Origin: Hormiphora californensis
Lineage: Eukaryota; Animalia; Ctenophora
Length of the DNA stretch: 64,000 nucleotides
NCBI GenBank assembly: GCA_020137815.1
Contig: CM035360.1
Span: forward strand, 2,728,001 to 2,792,000
Direction of reading: 5' to 3'
The notes below the pieces were generated by a model, which saw only the letters and a list, made by a program, of their open reading frames with translations, was not told where the DNA came from and did not search any database. Numbering within the stretch: position 1 is the first letter of the stretch; every line of letters starts with the position of its first letter. Made by a program: the position numbers and the translations under genes. Shown piece by piece: positions 1 through 13,158 of the stretch.

Positions 1-601
1 CAGGCGCATCTTAATAATCTCTCTGATGGTAACACAATGACGTTGCAGAGGATTGTTAATACCCGGATTTGAGGCACCATTTCACCATTACACCACATAA
101 AGCTATCCCCATCATGACGCGGGATCAAAGAGTGCTGCTGACAATTTACTAATAGGACCCTTATATATTGAGTATTTCTAAATATAAGAAAGGCAGACAA
201 AAAATAATGGCCCTTTGCCTTGTTTGACCCTCTATCTCTCCATTCTACATGGCCCTCAGCTCAGTTTACTGGGAAACTGCTTGGTTAGGGGAACAACAAA
301 AAGTTCTAATTTGTCTCCTCTTCTATAATATAAATATCTTCGTCTCCCCGTCCTAATCTTATAATAAGCTACAATGCTTTTCCTAAGCCGTTCGTTTGAC
401 CTATCTGACATACTCATTTCCTCTCTGTAAAGGAGGGCTAGATCATATAACAATCATTCAAGACTCAAGTATAAATGAACAATAATAGCTGACATGCAGT
501 CTGCAGAATAATCAATAACGATAACTGACAACAATACGTGTCTGCTATGAACAACTCAAATTATCGCCCTATCTAATGAGACCAAGATAGTTTTCACGCC
601 T

Positions 602-1942
602 CACGGCGTGCCTGGTGAAATTTTAACACGACCTAGCATGCAACGGGAAACCACCACTTGTACGTGGTAGCTGAGGGTCTACAGAATGGCGCTACGGTGC
701 GGGAAAAAAAAGTCCATGCCCTAAAATCGTTTTTTTTACTTTTATTTGATTTGGGTCAAAATTGGCTATATTAAACGTGGTCCCGAAAAATCCATAATGA
801 CTTAGCACACGAAATATGTCACCCCCACCTATTTTTGCACGTAGAATCGATTGCCGTTGAAGTCGAATCTCTAAAATGACTGTAAAATGGTCAAAAGCTG
901 ATTTTTTACCATTTTTTGGAGGTTTTTGGCCCCTAAACCATTGAAAACGTTGAGATAGGAATTTGAAACTAGTGCCAATCGTTAAAATGGTCATTTTTCT
1001 ACCAAGAACCAAGTTTTCGTGTATATCCGATTTATTGTTAGATTTGGGCAAATTGTTGAAATCTGCCAACTAGGAGAACCGTAACTTGATTTTCTTGTTT
1101 TTTGGATTTTGGCATTTTTGACAAACTTCTGATTGAAATGGTCAATCGGGACCATGCTTAAGTTGTTTATAGGACAATTTTCGACTAAAATCCAAGATTT
1201 CATACCAATCCAATAACAGATCGTTGATTTATAGAAAATTTAAGTAGGAAAAACGGTCAAAATAAGTAAGAAAAGTTGTCATTTTGACCGTTTTGCCTAC
1301 TTAAGTTTTCTATAAATCAACGATCTGTTATTGGATTGGTATGAAATCTTGGATTTTAGTCGAAAATTGTCCTATAAACAACTTAAGCATGGTCCCGATT
1401 GACCATTTCAATCAGAAGTTTGTCAAAAATGCCAAAATCCAAAAAAACAAGAAAATCAAGTTACGGTTCTCCTAGTTGGCAGATTTCAACAATTTGCCCA
1501 AATCTAACCATAAATCGGATATACACGAAAACTTGGTTCTTGGTAGAAAAATGACCATTTTAACGATTGGCACTAGTTTCAAATTCCTATCTCAACGTTT
1601 TCAATGGTTTAGGGGCCAAAAACCTCCAAAAAATGGTAAAAATCAGCTTTTGACCATTTTACAGTCATTTTAGAGATTCGACTTTAACGGCAATCGATTC
1701 TACGTGCAAAAATAGGTGGGGGTGACATATTTCGTGTACTAAGTCATTATGGATTTTTCGGGACCACGTTTAATATAGCCAATTTTGACCCAAATCAAAT
1801 AAAAGTAAAAAAAACGATTTTAGGGCATGGACTTTTTTTTCCCGCACCGTAGCGCCATTCTGTAGACCCTCAGCTACCACGTACAAGTGGTGGTTTCCCG
1901 TTGCATGCTAGGTCGTGTTAAAATTTCACCAGGCACGCCGTG
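602..1942. mobile_element. Non-autonomous fold-back DNA transposon, Chapaev-like (CACGG...CCGTG termini, 4-bp TSD)
   Basis: Arms 602-1263 and 1281-1942 (662 bp each) are reverse complements, with only a handful of mismatches seen by eye and a 17-bp spacer. Direct repeat GCCT at 598-601 and 1943-1946. CAC/GTG termini with a 4-bp TSD is the described Chapaev signature. No transposase ORF. Confidence 0.85.
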
Positions 1943-2721
1943 GCCTCCACGGTCAAGTTGTCTGGAGAAAGTATATATATGCCTTTTTGAATTTCCCCAG
2001 ACAAAGCTTCGAAAATGGAAGTTAAAAAAGGGGAATAATAGATCTGTCGACAGGTGTCTGCTGTGAACAAGCTAAGAATGATAGTAGACACATGGTAATG
2101 TGCTATCATTTGGGAATAAATGCACGTGAGTCACTAGTATTTCATTTCAAGTATTCTCACGCCCACTCACTCACTCACTCACTCTCTTCATCTCTCTCTC
2201 TCTCTCTCTCTCTCTCACTGAGCTCAAATCTCTGACACTCTATCACTATATCCTCTCCGCCGCCGTCTCGACTCTCGAAAACACTCTCTCTCCTTCTACT
2301 CGCTCTTCCTCACTCTGTTATTAGACATGCTTCATCACTCCCATTACATCATGTGAACCTAATCTTATCTTATCTCTTCATCTCGTCTCCCTTGCTCATC
2401 TATTCGCCCCTCATCCTCTATGCAGCCTCAAGTCCGTTCGACTATTATTCACTGCTTTATTCACTCCATTACATCATAACACTAATCAGTAATATTTTAT
2501 AACCTTGATATGTTCTAACCTTGAGTTAGAGAGTAAGAGAGGCGCACCTCTGCCGTCGAGGAGTGCAGACTGCAGAGAGAGAGGGTCGAGCAAGACAAGT
2601 AATGTATTCATCTAATACACATTACCAAACAGTCAGAACAACTATTTACTTGGCAGTTCACACAGTTCACACATTAGTTATAAACTCCTTAAATGTTTGC
2701 GGAAGTTTATATGAGAAGTGG

Positions 2722-2793
2722 GAGGGAGAGAGAGAGAGGGAGAGAGAGAGAGGGAGAGGAAAAAAAGAGAGAGAAAGAGAGATAAAAGAGAGA

Positions 2794-2849
<56 letters not shown>

Positions 2850-3229
2850 AAGAAGGGAGAGAACTTAGAGCGGTAAAGGTGATTTGTCCTTGGTAGTTTC
2901 GGCCAAGTGCACGACTTTCTGGCACCTTCACTGTTTATCAGTTTATGTCCTTATAACTAAACGCCGGCTTGTTTAATATGTCAAAGCGGTGGAAACTGAG
3001 AAAATGCCATGAATAAATTCCAAATAACTCTTGATAATAGTCGCTTAGAGACAAAGTAGGAATAAGTAGTGGAATACTGCTCAGGGGAACCCAACAATAC
3101 AATGCCAAACTCTATGCCCCACCACGACAGTGTACAGATCTAAATACAAATCATAAGATGGTCTCATTTTAAAATGTGTTACCAGAAACGAGTTGTATGC
3201 ACAGAAATCTAGCTCTCTCCCTCTAGCTT

Positions 3230-3292
<63 letters not shown>

Positions 3293-3329
3293 TTCTCTCT
3301 CTGATGACTGATCTCTCTTTCTCTCCCTA

Positions 3330-3403
<74 letters not shown>

Positions 3404-3426
3404 CCTATCCCTCTCTCTCTCTCTCT
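2722..3426. repeat. (GA)n and (CT)n microsatellite tracts, one example of many (also ~18830-18998, 21865-21940, 27693-27810, 30886-31095, 46280-46400, 46870-46990, 51664-51840, 59768-59910)
   Basis: Direct dinucleotide runs. They explain all the poly-SL/ER ORFs in the track. Confidence 0.95.
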
Positions 3427-4836
3427 TATCAACGTCACACCTTGAACCAGTTCAGCACAATGACAGCTTGTAGGTAGGAAGATATATTAACAGTGGCACA
3501 CATACAAATGTAAAAATAACAGGTACCAACTTAATTAATATGTGGTTTTTCAACTAATAAGTGTCCATAAAATGTTCGACAGATGTTCGACAGATCTGTT
3601 CTATACAAATGGGGACATTTCATACATTGTGACTCATCACAGTAGTTACCAGATCTGTACCAGAGTAACTGGGCCTTATTCATGAATGAGGGAGTAGAGA
3701 GGGAGAGAAACATATATATATATATGCTTCTCTCCCTCTCTACCCCCTCATTCATGAATTAGGCCATACCCTGTGTTTGAACAAGATATGGAATTTCCAT
3801 GATGGAATTATACATATTATCCATTCATTTCATGATGGATGAATGATCTGGGCGACTACCTCCCTGTCTCCACCCCATCCGTCCAATTATCTATAAATAA
3901 TAAGGTGACAATAGAATAATTCCCATTTAGAAAAGACAACGATTCGTTTTGTTACTAAACGAATCAAAGTTGTGTTTCAAAACACCGCATAGCACTTTAA
4001 TTTCTCGTAGAAACTTCCTTTTAATAAAAAGAGAGAAACAGTGTCAATAAAGCCACTAACCACTTCATTACTTGAAGTTCATCTAGTTCATCAAGATTAA
4101 GAGAAATTCAAGAGAAAGATCCAACATTATGCCCATCTTGGCTGAGTAACAATCTGACATATATATTTGACATGGATACTATCCAGTGGATACATACTGG
4201 ATACACAATAAGCCTAATTATCATACGATCCAGTCATAGTCCAGTGCACTATGAGAATCCTAGATTAACGAAGTCTCAAGTCATAATATTATGAGAAATA
4301 AAGAGAGATAGAAGGGCCAAGGGGGGATAGAGAAATAGAGAGTGAAAGAAAGATAGATATAAGAGTTATAAGAGAGGGAAAGAGAGAGAGCGAGGGGTAG
4401 GAGACAAAGAGAGATCTCACGGATAGCAGACTGATAATCATGGGGTGCGCTCATATATAATCGAAACAGAAGATTCAAGTGCTTGCATTAGAAGAGTTAC
4501 TTTGGAGAGTTAGGACTAAGTAAACAGCTCATTATTCACAATATATTTCAAATTATTAGCAAGATCATCAACCGCTATGCCAGAGGATAATTAAACTGAA
4601 AATTGCACTGAATGATATTATAATGCTTGATTAAATCAGTAGTCGTTAATTAAATTAAATGCAATGGCCTAAGCTTATTCATAGTTTGGGTGTGATCTAA
4701 TAATTCTAAGCTGCGGATGACTATAATGAACACCAGAGAAAAGGAACTTGTCTGACTGAGAAGCTGAACGCCGATAAAAAGGGGAGAAAGGTTCATATAA
4801 AGTGTGCGAGATGTTATCTACCCCCCCCCCTCTCAG

Positions 4837-7800
4837 GTTCACAACGTCCTACTCCGTTATATCACTCTACTAAGGAAGGTATACAACCACTACTGTAAAC
4901 TACAGGATCCTGATTCCGGAGTGCTTCTGCGTATGGAGGTAGGAAATCTAACTAATTGAAAAATAAAGAATGGATTTAGTATCAAGTGGTGTATTTGTAA
5001 AGCTCCATTTGAAAGCTATACACTAGATAACTAGATCAGAGAGCCCTTTCTTTCTTTATGTGAAGCTGCAAATAGTTGCATGCTCTGTTTGAAAACACTA
5101 TTGCCTTAGTTGTGGAAGTTGCTAAAAGACAGTGGAATCTATCTGAATCTACCCATGCCCCATGCAGACAACATTATTTGTAAGTCAGCATCATCACCAG
5201 AGTAAATATATATATTTGTAAGATATGGATTGCAATCATGGTAATTATTGTATCTGTCAGAAAATCAGAAATTACTAGTTATATACGATGCACAATTTCA
5301 TGAGCTGTGATGAAGAAATTGCCTCCCTATCATATATTATACAGGGAACGGGCAGCAACATAGAGAGCGAGAGGAGGGAGATAAAGATGGAGAGGGAGAG
5401 GGAGAGATCGAGAGCGAGCGAGAGATATTATAGAGAGTGATGGAGCGAGAAGGATAGAGGGAGCTCTCTTATATGATAATCATATTGATTATATATTATT
5501 AAGTACCCATCTTATCACCTATCACTCATCGTGCCTCACAGCGCTGACACTTCGCATATACAAACACACATACGCATGACTGATGACACATATCGTTTAC
5601 ATGTCATGAATAATCATCATGGTTTTGGACAACTTCCTTTTTAGCTAGTGGGGGGAAGGCCTGTTTTTGGACAACTTCGTAGATCAGAATACACACACAT
5701 TAAGCAAAATTAATCTTCGTAGATCTAAAATGTTGATTTCCTTGCTCGACCCTGAAATATAAAAAGGGTTTGAATAAAACAAAATTTTAATACATGTCTC
5801 CCTTTTCTAAAATGTTAATATTAATGTTAATACGTCATGTCTCCCTTTTCTAAAATGTTAATACATGTTTCTTTCAGCCAATGCTCTGAACATAGAGTGT
5901 AACGTTGAGCGGTCCTCTCCCTTCACACAGCTGTTGTTCCGAGAATTCCTTCAGGTCCTCGTCTTCCTGGCTACTTCCATGTACTGTGAATCTGTACCAA
6001 GGTGAGAGTCTCTTGTTATGTCTTCCTGGCTACTTCCATGTACTGTGAATCTGTACCAAGGTGAGAGATGTTATGTTTTAGAAGGGGGTCTAACAAGGCA
6101 AAGAGTCTCTTGGGATGTCTGGGCACCGGGGTTAGAGTCTCTTGTGATATTTGGGCACCGGGGTTAGAGTCTCTTGAGATATTTGGGCATCGGGGTTAGA
6201 GTCTCTTGGGACTTGTGATGTCTGGGAATGAAACTGAAATATAGCTAGAAGAAGTTATAAAATGAATATATTGATTTACAATCAGGGAGAACGGCTGTTT
6301 CCTATCTCGATGTCTCTCTGCATTCCTACAGGAGCACTTTGTCTCTCTCAACATGGACCAATCACATGGTAAGATGATTGATGATGACCAAGTTATACTG
6401 GATTTAAGATAATCCTTGTTAATTTCAATCTTAAATCCTCGGAAGAATACCATAAAATCTCAATCTACCCCCAAACTTCTAATCAATAACATCCTTCTCA
6501 GAGTTCTCTCACTCGGACCCAGCCAATCACCAATACGTGGAGAGGTGCTGGAAGATATACGAAAACCTTAAAAAGAGGATCAACAGAGATTTTACCCTTC
6601 GTGATGTTCTTATGGTGCTGAAGGTGGGTTGTAGCTGCGATGGCAGATCCTTCGTCTTCGAACAAGTTGTGGTCCAAATGGCCATAAATATGATATCGGT
6701 CACAGTTTGGACGCGTTGGTTCAGGAGGGCGCGCGGGTTGGCTTGCGATGAAAGTTTGGGGTTGGCGTGTCTGTGTGTTGGTGCGCGCGCCCACATGTTA
6801 CCATGACCCTCCAGGGAACAAACCCAGGAATATCATTGGGCCCTGATTTTCACAGCTCAAAATCCGGGGAAACGGCTCAATTCACTGCTCAAATCTTGAT
6901 TATGTAGCCTAACATCCCCCCTCCAGGACATCCGACTGATTGATGGTCCCTCTCCCAACCTCTCCGTCACTGAGATAGTCCAAGATATCATGATGATTAC
7001 AAACAGGAACATTGATAACGAGGGAGCACTATATCTGGATATCCACATTAACTTCTACGACTTTTTTAATGTGCTGTGTGGGTGTGCTGGTGTTCTGAGG
7101 CATTCCGGGGGAGCTGAAACTAGCAACTACATTCAGAGTAATATCGGAGTGAGTTAATGTGTTGCTGATTTGTTGTCAACAATTGATGATGACAATGTTT
7201 TGTTGACATATTCTGTTGTTCATTCTGTTACGAAATATATGATTTTTGGTGTTTTCCATCGACAGACTACTACTGAAGTTTTTTAACCAACCCCAAATAT
7301 TCACTATTCAGACTGAGACGGATATTTCGAATGGTGTCCAAACAGGAATGGCCATGTCCCCGGAAAAGACGCCTCTACCACCGGGCTCCGAGTCACCCAC
7401 TAAGAGTCTGAGTAAAAAGAACACCCCGTCCGAGACACCACTCCAGGTAACTGGCCAATTTGGTTCAATTTGGTTCAATTGTTATGATATGTTAGGGGTG
7501 ATTATCTTACTTGGTTGAATGAATGATTGATTTTCTGACAATAATTTGCTGATTTGCATGTGTGATATTTCAGAGTCCAGTTCCATCGGACGCGGACTCG
7601 GAGAATAATGTAAGACTTGATTTAAAATTATTGTGAATCATGTGTATCAGTGTTACTGTTCTTCGGTATTATTATCATCAATCCCCCTTGATGGTCCTTC
7701 GGTATTCCTAGATTTATTGAGTGTATTCGGTAAATTCCAATACAACCCCCGTCCTCCCATATACAGGAAGCATTGACCCCTACTGTTGAGAGCATGGGGA

Positions 7801-8467
7801 CGGAACGGGAGCAGAGTTTCGCTATCTCTCCATCTATCGGTAAATTGGAACTTTTTCCCCCACAATTATATCTGATTGATTAGCCCATCTGTACAAGGCG
7901 TAGAGATATCCATACAAATTCCCAACCCACCTATTTTCATCCAATTTCTTGCTACTTCAGATGAGCGGTGTGGAAGTTTTGAAAGTTGGGACTCTCGAGT
8001 CCAAGATTTCTTCCTGTGTCACTTCTTCCCTGCTGCCGAGCGGCTCTTAGAGGTTGAAGCACGGATTGAAGAGGAGAGACTCGCTGAAAGGTAAATCAAT
8101 GTCAATCAATTAAATTGTCAAATTGTCAATGTGTAACAGGGAACTAGATGTAACAAAATGTATTCAAAGTAAATGAAGACCCCCGTCTCTCAGTCTCATA
8201 TTTTTAGAAAGGCTCATTTCAACTTCAAGCACTTTTCCGCCTCTTCATCTCAGTCCAGATTCTAACCCATCCCCTCACTCCTGCAGAGAGAGAATGGAGA
8301 AGGAGGAGGAAGCGAAAGATCTAGAAACACCGTTGCCCCAAATTGAGTTGAAGAGCCCCTCTGTAGCTGAGAATCCCAGTCAAATGACCACTGATGAGGA
8401 CGAAGCAACACCAGCAACACTAACAACTGAACCCTCCCCAGCAGCCACTGTATCTGTTAATGCGTAG
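4837..8467 (+). CDS. RSPH10B: Radial spoke head 10 homolog B-like, 3' exons (5' MORN-repeat part lies upstream or is not recovered)
   Basis: GT-AG exons 4837-4938, 5878-6001, 6286-6368, 6502-6623, 6927-7148, 7312-7446, 7574-7609, 7767-7839, 7961-8090, 8287-8467 (TAG). Peptides VLLRYITLLRKVYNHY, SPFTQLLFREFLQVLVFLA, YVERCWKIY, LRDVLMVLKDIRLI, INFYDFFNVLCGCA and WDSRVQDFFLCHFFPA follow, in order, the C-terminal half of vertebrate RSPH10B as recalled. One exon between 4938 and 5878 was not found (phase mismatch). Confidence 0.75.
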
Positions 8468-9459
8468 AACTGTATTGAGAGTGTGTAATGGTGTCTGGGC
8501 CGTGTAGAAAGAGTGTAATATTCAATTTGTAAATGTAAACAGTAGTTTTAACTCTTCTAGCCTCCACAGATGAAGCCGTATTTTTGATTTACATCGTGAT
8601 GAGATTTACCAGTGACCTTTGTCATGTGATAAGTTGGGCACGTCGCGCTATACCCTGTACGTAGCGTGCCAATGTGATAATAAGGGAGGTCAGAGTTAAG
8701 ATCTGAGAACAAAATATTCTGCAAGTCAATGTCAACTGTGTCGCGACGATTTACTTTATACGATGCCAAAAAGCGTTGCGCGTGTTAACGCGCGCGTACT
8801 TTTATTATTGCTTGCCGAAACTGAAAATTCGAAAATTTGACCACCATAGGGATCCCTAATATTGAAAAGCGCTGCCTTATCCCGCGCTGCGCGTGGCGCA
8901 GAACAGGGATAAGGAGGGAACACCGCGCATGTACAGGATCCTGTCCCAAGTCATTTTGACCATGTTCCGGAGGTCCTACAATCACCAAATTTTGGGAATT
9001 GGTAGCATTTGACATGAATTTGATGACTCTCTTTTCAATTTTGCAAATCGATCACTTTTGCACGCGCAAATGTAAAGCCGCGCACACTATTTAATATTGC
9101 TAACGCGCATGTGTTAAAGTGAGCCGCGCACCAATTTCAAATGATTCTGGAAAAAATATCATTCGATTTCCACTGGTTCGACCCAAATCCAATATGGCCG
9201 ACTCTCAGTTAGCGAAAACCCAAAGAAAATTGTTATGAGTTTGAATAGAGTACTTACTTCCTTCCGTGTTATGTACTTCATGAGGGCAAAGATAAATTGC
9301 CTTACCTAATAAGGATATGCTTCAATCCGGTAATATTTAGCTTAATCAAGTTCTACGGTGAGTTAAACGCCTCATTATTCCCTGCCTATAATATTCCTTG
9401 CATGCGGTTCTAAATCTGATCCTGTTTCACAACTTTTGGGAAATAGATCCCTCCCTTGG

Positions 9460-9990
9460 CCTTACCTGGTTCGTTCCTGGGTTCCCGTGTCCTGTCTGCT
9501 GTCTCTCGCTATCACTGCCACCACTACCCTACTTCCAGACCCACACTCCAGCTCCCTTATATCCCACCTATGACCTGCTGTCTAAATCCTACATCATTCC
9601 TTCCTGGAACTAAATAGTCTGCCTCCCTGTCCTTACATGGTTCGCTCCTGGGCTCTCGTGTCCTGTCTGCTGTCTCTCGCTACCATTGCCACCACGCCCT
9701 ATTTCCAGACCCACACTCCAGCTCCCCTATATCCCACCTATGACCTGCTTTCTCAATCCTACATCATTTCTTCCTGCAGTTCCATGGAACTAAATAGTCT
9801 GCCTCCCTGTCCTTACCTGTTTCGTTCCTGGGTTTCCCGTGTCCTAGGTGCTGTCTCTTCTTCCAGACCCTCTCTCCAGCTTCCTTACATCCCACCTGAC
9901 CTACTGTCTCTACTCTGCACCATTCCTTCCTATTTTCCTTCCTACATCCCTTCCTACTTTCTACACCATTCCTTCCTACATCTACCTGAG
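9460..9990. repeat. Degenerate tandem repeat, ~170-180 bp unit, ~3 copies
   Basis: The motif ccttac[a/c]tg[g/t]ttcg[t/c]tcctggg recurs at ~9460, ~9631 and ~9811 with shared downstream sequence (ttccagaccc..., cccacct...gacct). Confidence 0.8.
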
Positions 9991-10139
9991 ACTTAGTAGA
10001 GGGACCACCTATGACTGAGTCAATGAGTTAATATTTTCAAGTGTGCATTTTGTGTAAATTGTTAACATTTTCTGGCCTCTGAGTTGTTTAGCAGAGTTTG
10101 AGTAGCTGAGGTTCCAGACTGGCTGAGTTTTATGCCGAA

Positions 10140-10731
10140 GAATGAAGAAAGAAGACCATACACACCGTTTTTCTCAATACGTTTTTCTCGATAAAAAACT
10201 TGTCAAGGATACCGTTTTTCTCAATACGTTTTTCTCGATAAAAAACTTGTCAAGGACTCTTCAGTGAGTGTGTGTTTGAAGGACAGCTAATTTATTATTT
10301 ATTTATTACCGAATCTGTGTGTATGTGTTTGTGATTGTCTGTTTGTCTGTGAATGTGTTTGTACGTGTGTTAGTATGTTTTTGTATTAACCGTTTTGTAT
10401 TGACTGCGGATGTTGTGTTTTGCGTCTGTGACTTTGTGTATTCTGTTTAATCTGTTTTTATGTCTGTCTGCTTGTTTTGTTAGTTCGTTACCTTGTTTTC
10501 TATAACCCCTTGTTCCTCGTATTTTGTGTATCTAATGCTACTAGGATGTGTATCACTGTCTCTAAGTATTGTTTAAACCGCTTTAGGAAACCGCTGATGT
10601 GAACTGTATATTTTCACCTCTCAGCCTTGTATCACTTTATTAGTGTATGGTGTAAGAGCGGGACGAAGTTATATATTAATTGTGTGACTTTGTGATAAAT
10701 TGTGCGTAAACTTAAACTTAAACTTAAACTT
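10140..10731 (+). mobile_element. 5'-truncated 3' end of an L2/CR1-group LINE or SINE with (AAACTT)n tail
   Basis: T/G-rich UTR-like tract ending in aaacttaaacttaaacttaaact (~10708-10730). It carries accgctttag (~10578) ... agcggga (~10657), the same stem pair found in the 3' UTR of the LINE at 37143/37230. 5' boundary uncertain. Confidence 0.5.
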
Positions 10732-11059
10732 TTAGGACAGATGCACCAACCGGGAGGTCATGCTACGCCAAGAAAGTGTGTCAGAGTTGTCACTGAGTCA
10801 CTTTTCCGGCAGTATATTTCGTCTCTTGTGGTGGGACCGAGTGTCTTTGGAAGATGTCCCGGGTCCCCAGGGCCCAGAGGTGCAACTGCAAGGGATGTCG
10901 TGACGGTTCATGGTTCCACTGCTTATACATTAGAATGTCCATCTGATGGATCGAAGTGAATTGGATAGTTACAAGTTAAACCGTTCATTGATTAAGATGA
11001 CCACTGAGATAGACCTCCGGCTATCGCGATGAGTCCAAAGTCTCTATTGTTTTTAAAAA

Positions 11060-13060
11060 CCCTTCTCCCCCAGGAATCAGATAGAACGGCTGAAAATGTG
11101 ACACTGTAAATTAATGGTGTTTTCATCAATCTAAAAGGAACTCCCGGTGATGCATCATTGATCATGTAGATACTATTACTGATTACTGAAATAAATGAAG
11201 AATAAGCCCTGGGGAAATCTCGGTGAGGGCTCTCTCTATCTGAACCATCTCCATTCCGTATCAATCTGCCTCTTTTCGCTAAAGTAAGTGAAATTCCAAA
11301 ACATCCTCCCCTCTTGCCATACAACCTCCCGGCTCCCCACCCTCATAATCTACCCACACAAACAAGAGAAAGAGAGGGACGGTCTTTCCTCCTTCATTAT
11401 ACCCCTCTCTATCTCTACTCCTCTTCAACCTCTCCTTGATCCTCCCCTTAATATTCCTCTCCTCCATAACTTGTCCGTATCTACTATCCCCATTCATCTT
11501 CCTCTCCTTCATCTTCCTCGGAGTCTAAAGTGCAGACTCCCCCGAGTAAAGTGTTGTATCAATTTAGTCTCTCTCATTTGTACTAACCCTTCTTTACCTC
11601 TCCCAGGATTCCGATAGAACAGCTGAAAGTTTGATACTCTGAATTGGTGGTGTATTTATCAATCTAAAAGTAACTTCCAGTGACTCGAATTCATCATGTG
11701 GACACGATTACTGATTACTGAAGTTAAGACAAGCCCTTGGGCACTCTCGGTGAGGGCTGTTTCTCTATCTGAACCATCTCCGCTCCATATCCATCTGCTT
11801 CTTTTCGCAGTAAGTCAGCCTTATTCTAAACAGTTTTCCCCTTCTACCATACAACCCCCGCTCCCCCACACCCACATAATCTACCCATACTTTATACCCG
11901 CCCCTCCGTCACATCCTTCTACATTCATTTCCCCCTTGGCCTTTATTCCTCCCCTCCATCTCCCCCTTTTTCCTTCTCTCCTTCTTCCTCTACTCATTCA
12001 TTCCCCCTTCATCTCCCTCTCCATCCGTTCCTTCATTCCCCTTTTATCCTACCACTTTACCCCCCCCCCCCTTCGACCTTCGCCCTCCTTCGTCCACGCT
12101 TTCTAGATAGTGGATACCCATTTATTTCCCACTTCATCCCCCATCTCCTTCATTCCCCCTTTATCCTCTCCTCCATTTCCCCCTCTCCTCCATATCCCGT
12201 CCGTATCCACTATAAGATCGAGTAAAGTGTGTATCAATTTAGTCTCTCTCATTTGTACTAACCCTTCTTTACCTCTCCCAGGATTCCGATAGTACGGCTG
12301 AAAATTTGATACTCTGGATTGGTGGTGCATTTATCAATCTAAAAGTAACTTCCAGTGACTCGAATTCATCATGTGGACACTATGATTACTTTTCGCAGTA
12401 AGTCGGCCTCCCTTATTCCAAACAGTTTTCCCCTTCTACCATACAACCCCCGCTCCACCACACCCACATAATCTACCCATACTGTATACCAGCCCCTCCG
12501 TCACATCCTTCTACATTCATTTCCCCTTGGCCTGCTATTCCTCCCCTCAAATCCCCTCCATCTCCCCCTTTTTCCTTCTCTCCTTCTTCCTCTACTCATT
12601 CATTCCCCCTTCATATCCCCCTTCCATCCGTTTTTTCATTTCCCCATTTTATCCTACCCCTTTATCCCCCGTCGACCTTCGCCCTCCTTCGTCCACCCTT
12701 TCTAGATGGTAGATACCCATTCATCCTCCATCTCCTCCTTCATTCCCCCTTTATCCTCTCCTCCATTTCCCCCTTCGTTCTCCTCTCCTACTTCCTCTAT
12801 TCTCATTCCACCACTTCATCCTTCCCATCTATCTCCCCATTCATCTATATCTCCTCCTTCACCCCCCCCCCCTTTATCCTCCACCGAACTAATCTTTCAT
12901 TTTCTCCACTCTTTCTCTCCCCAGCTCCCCTCCATCATTCTCCTCTTTTTGGTTACCAAGAGCTTTTGCGGAGGGGTTAGGGGTAATTTCATTACCAACT
13001 CCTTTCATATACTGAAGCCCTGGGGACCATAGGTGAGGGATTTCTCTATCTGAAGTTCAG
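11060..13060. repeat. Degenerate segmental tandem repeats (~675 bp period) embedded in pyrimidine-rich DNA
   Basis: gagtaaagtg(t)tgtatcaatttagtctctctcatttgtactaacccttctttacctctcccaggattccgatag at ~11544 and ~12220. A more diverged copy lies at ~11060-11400 and a fragment at ~13015-13055. Confidence 0.75.
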
Positions 13061-13109
13061 ATTCTGAACCTTGTGTAGCTCAGACTGGATTTCATTTCAT
13101 AATCTGCGA

Positions 13110-13158
13110 TGGTTACGAAATAACCCCTTTAAAGTTTAAAGGGGTTATTTCGTAACCA
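13110..13158. repeat. Perfect 49-bp palindrome (24-bp arms, 1-nt loop)
   Basis: tggttacgaaataacccctttaaa-g-tttaaaggggttatttcgtaacca. Confidence 0.95.

Noticed and set aside
1-150. Possible upstream RSPH10B exon
   Set aside because: Stops in the frames examined and no recognisable motif or donor; cannot be supported.
692-1673. Mirror-image ORFs MADFNNLPKS... on both strands (likewise MKALGKADRL... at 50588/51461)
   Set aside because: A consequence of the palindromic elements; no recognisable domains.
2563-3477. Poly-ER / poly-SL ORFs here and throughout the window
   Set aside because: Translations of (GA)n/(CT)n microsatellites.
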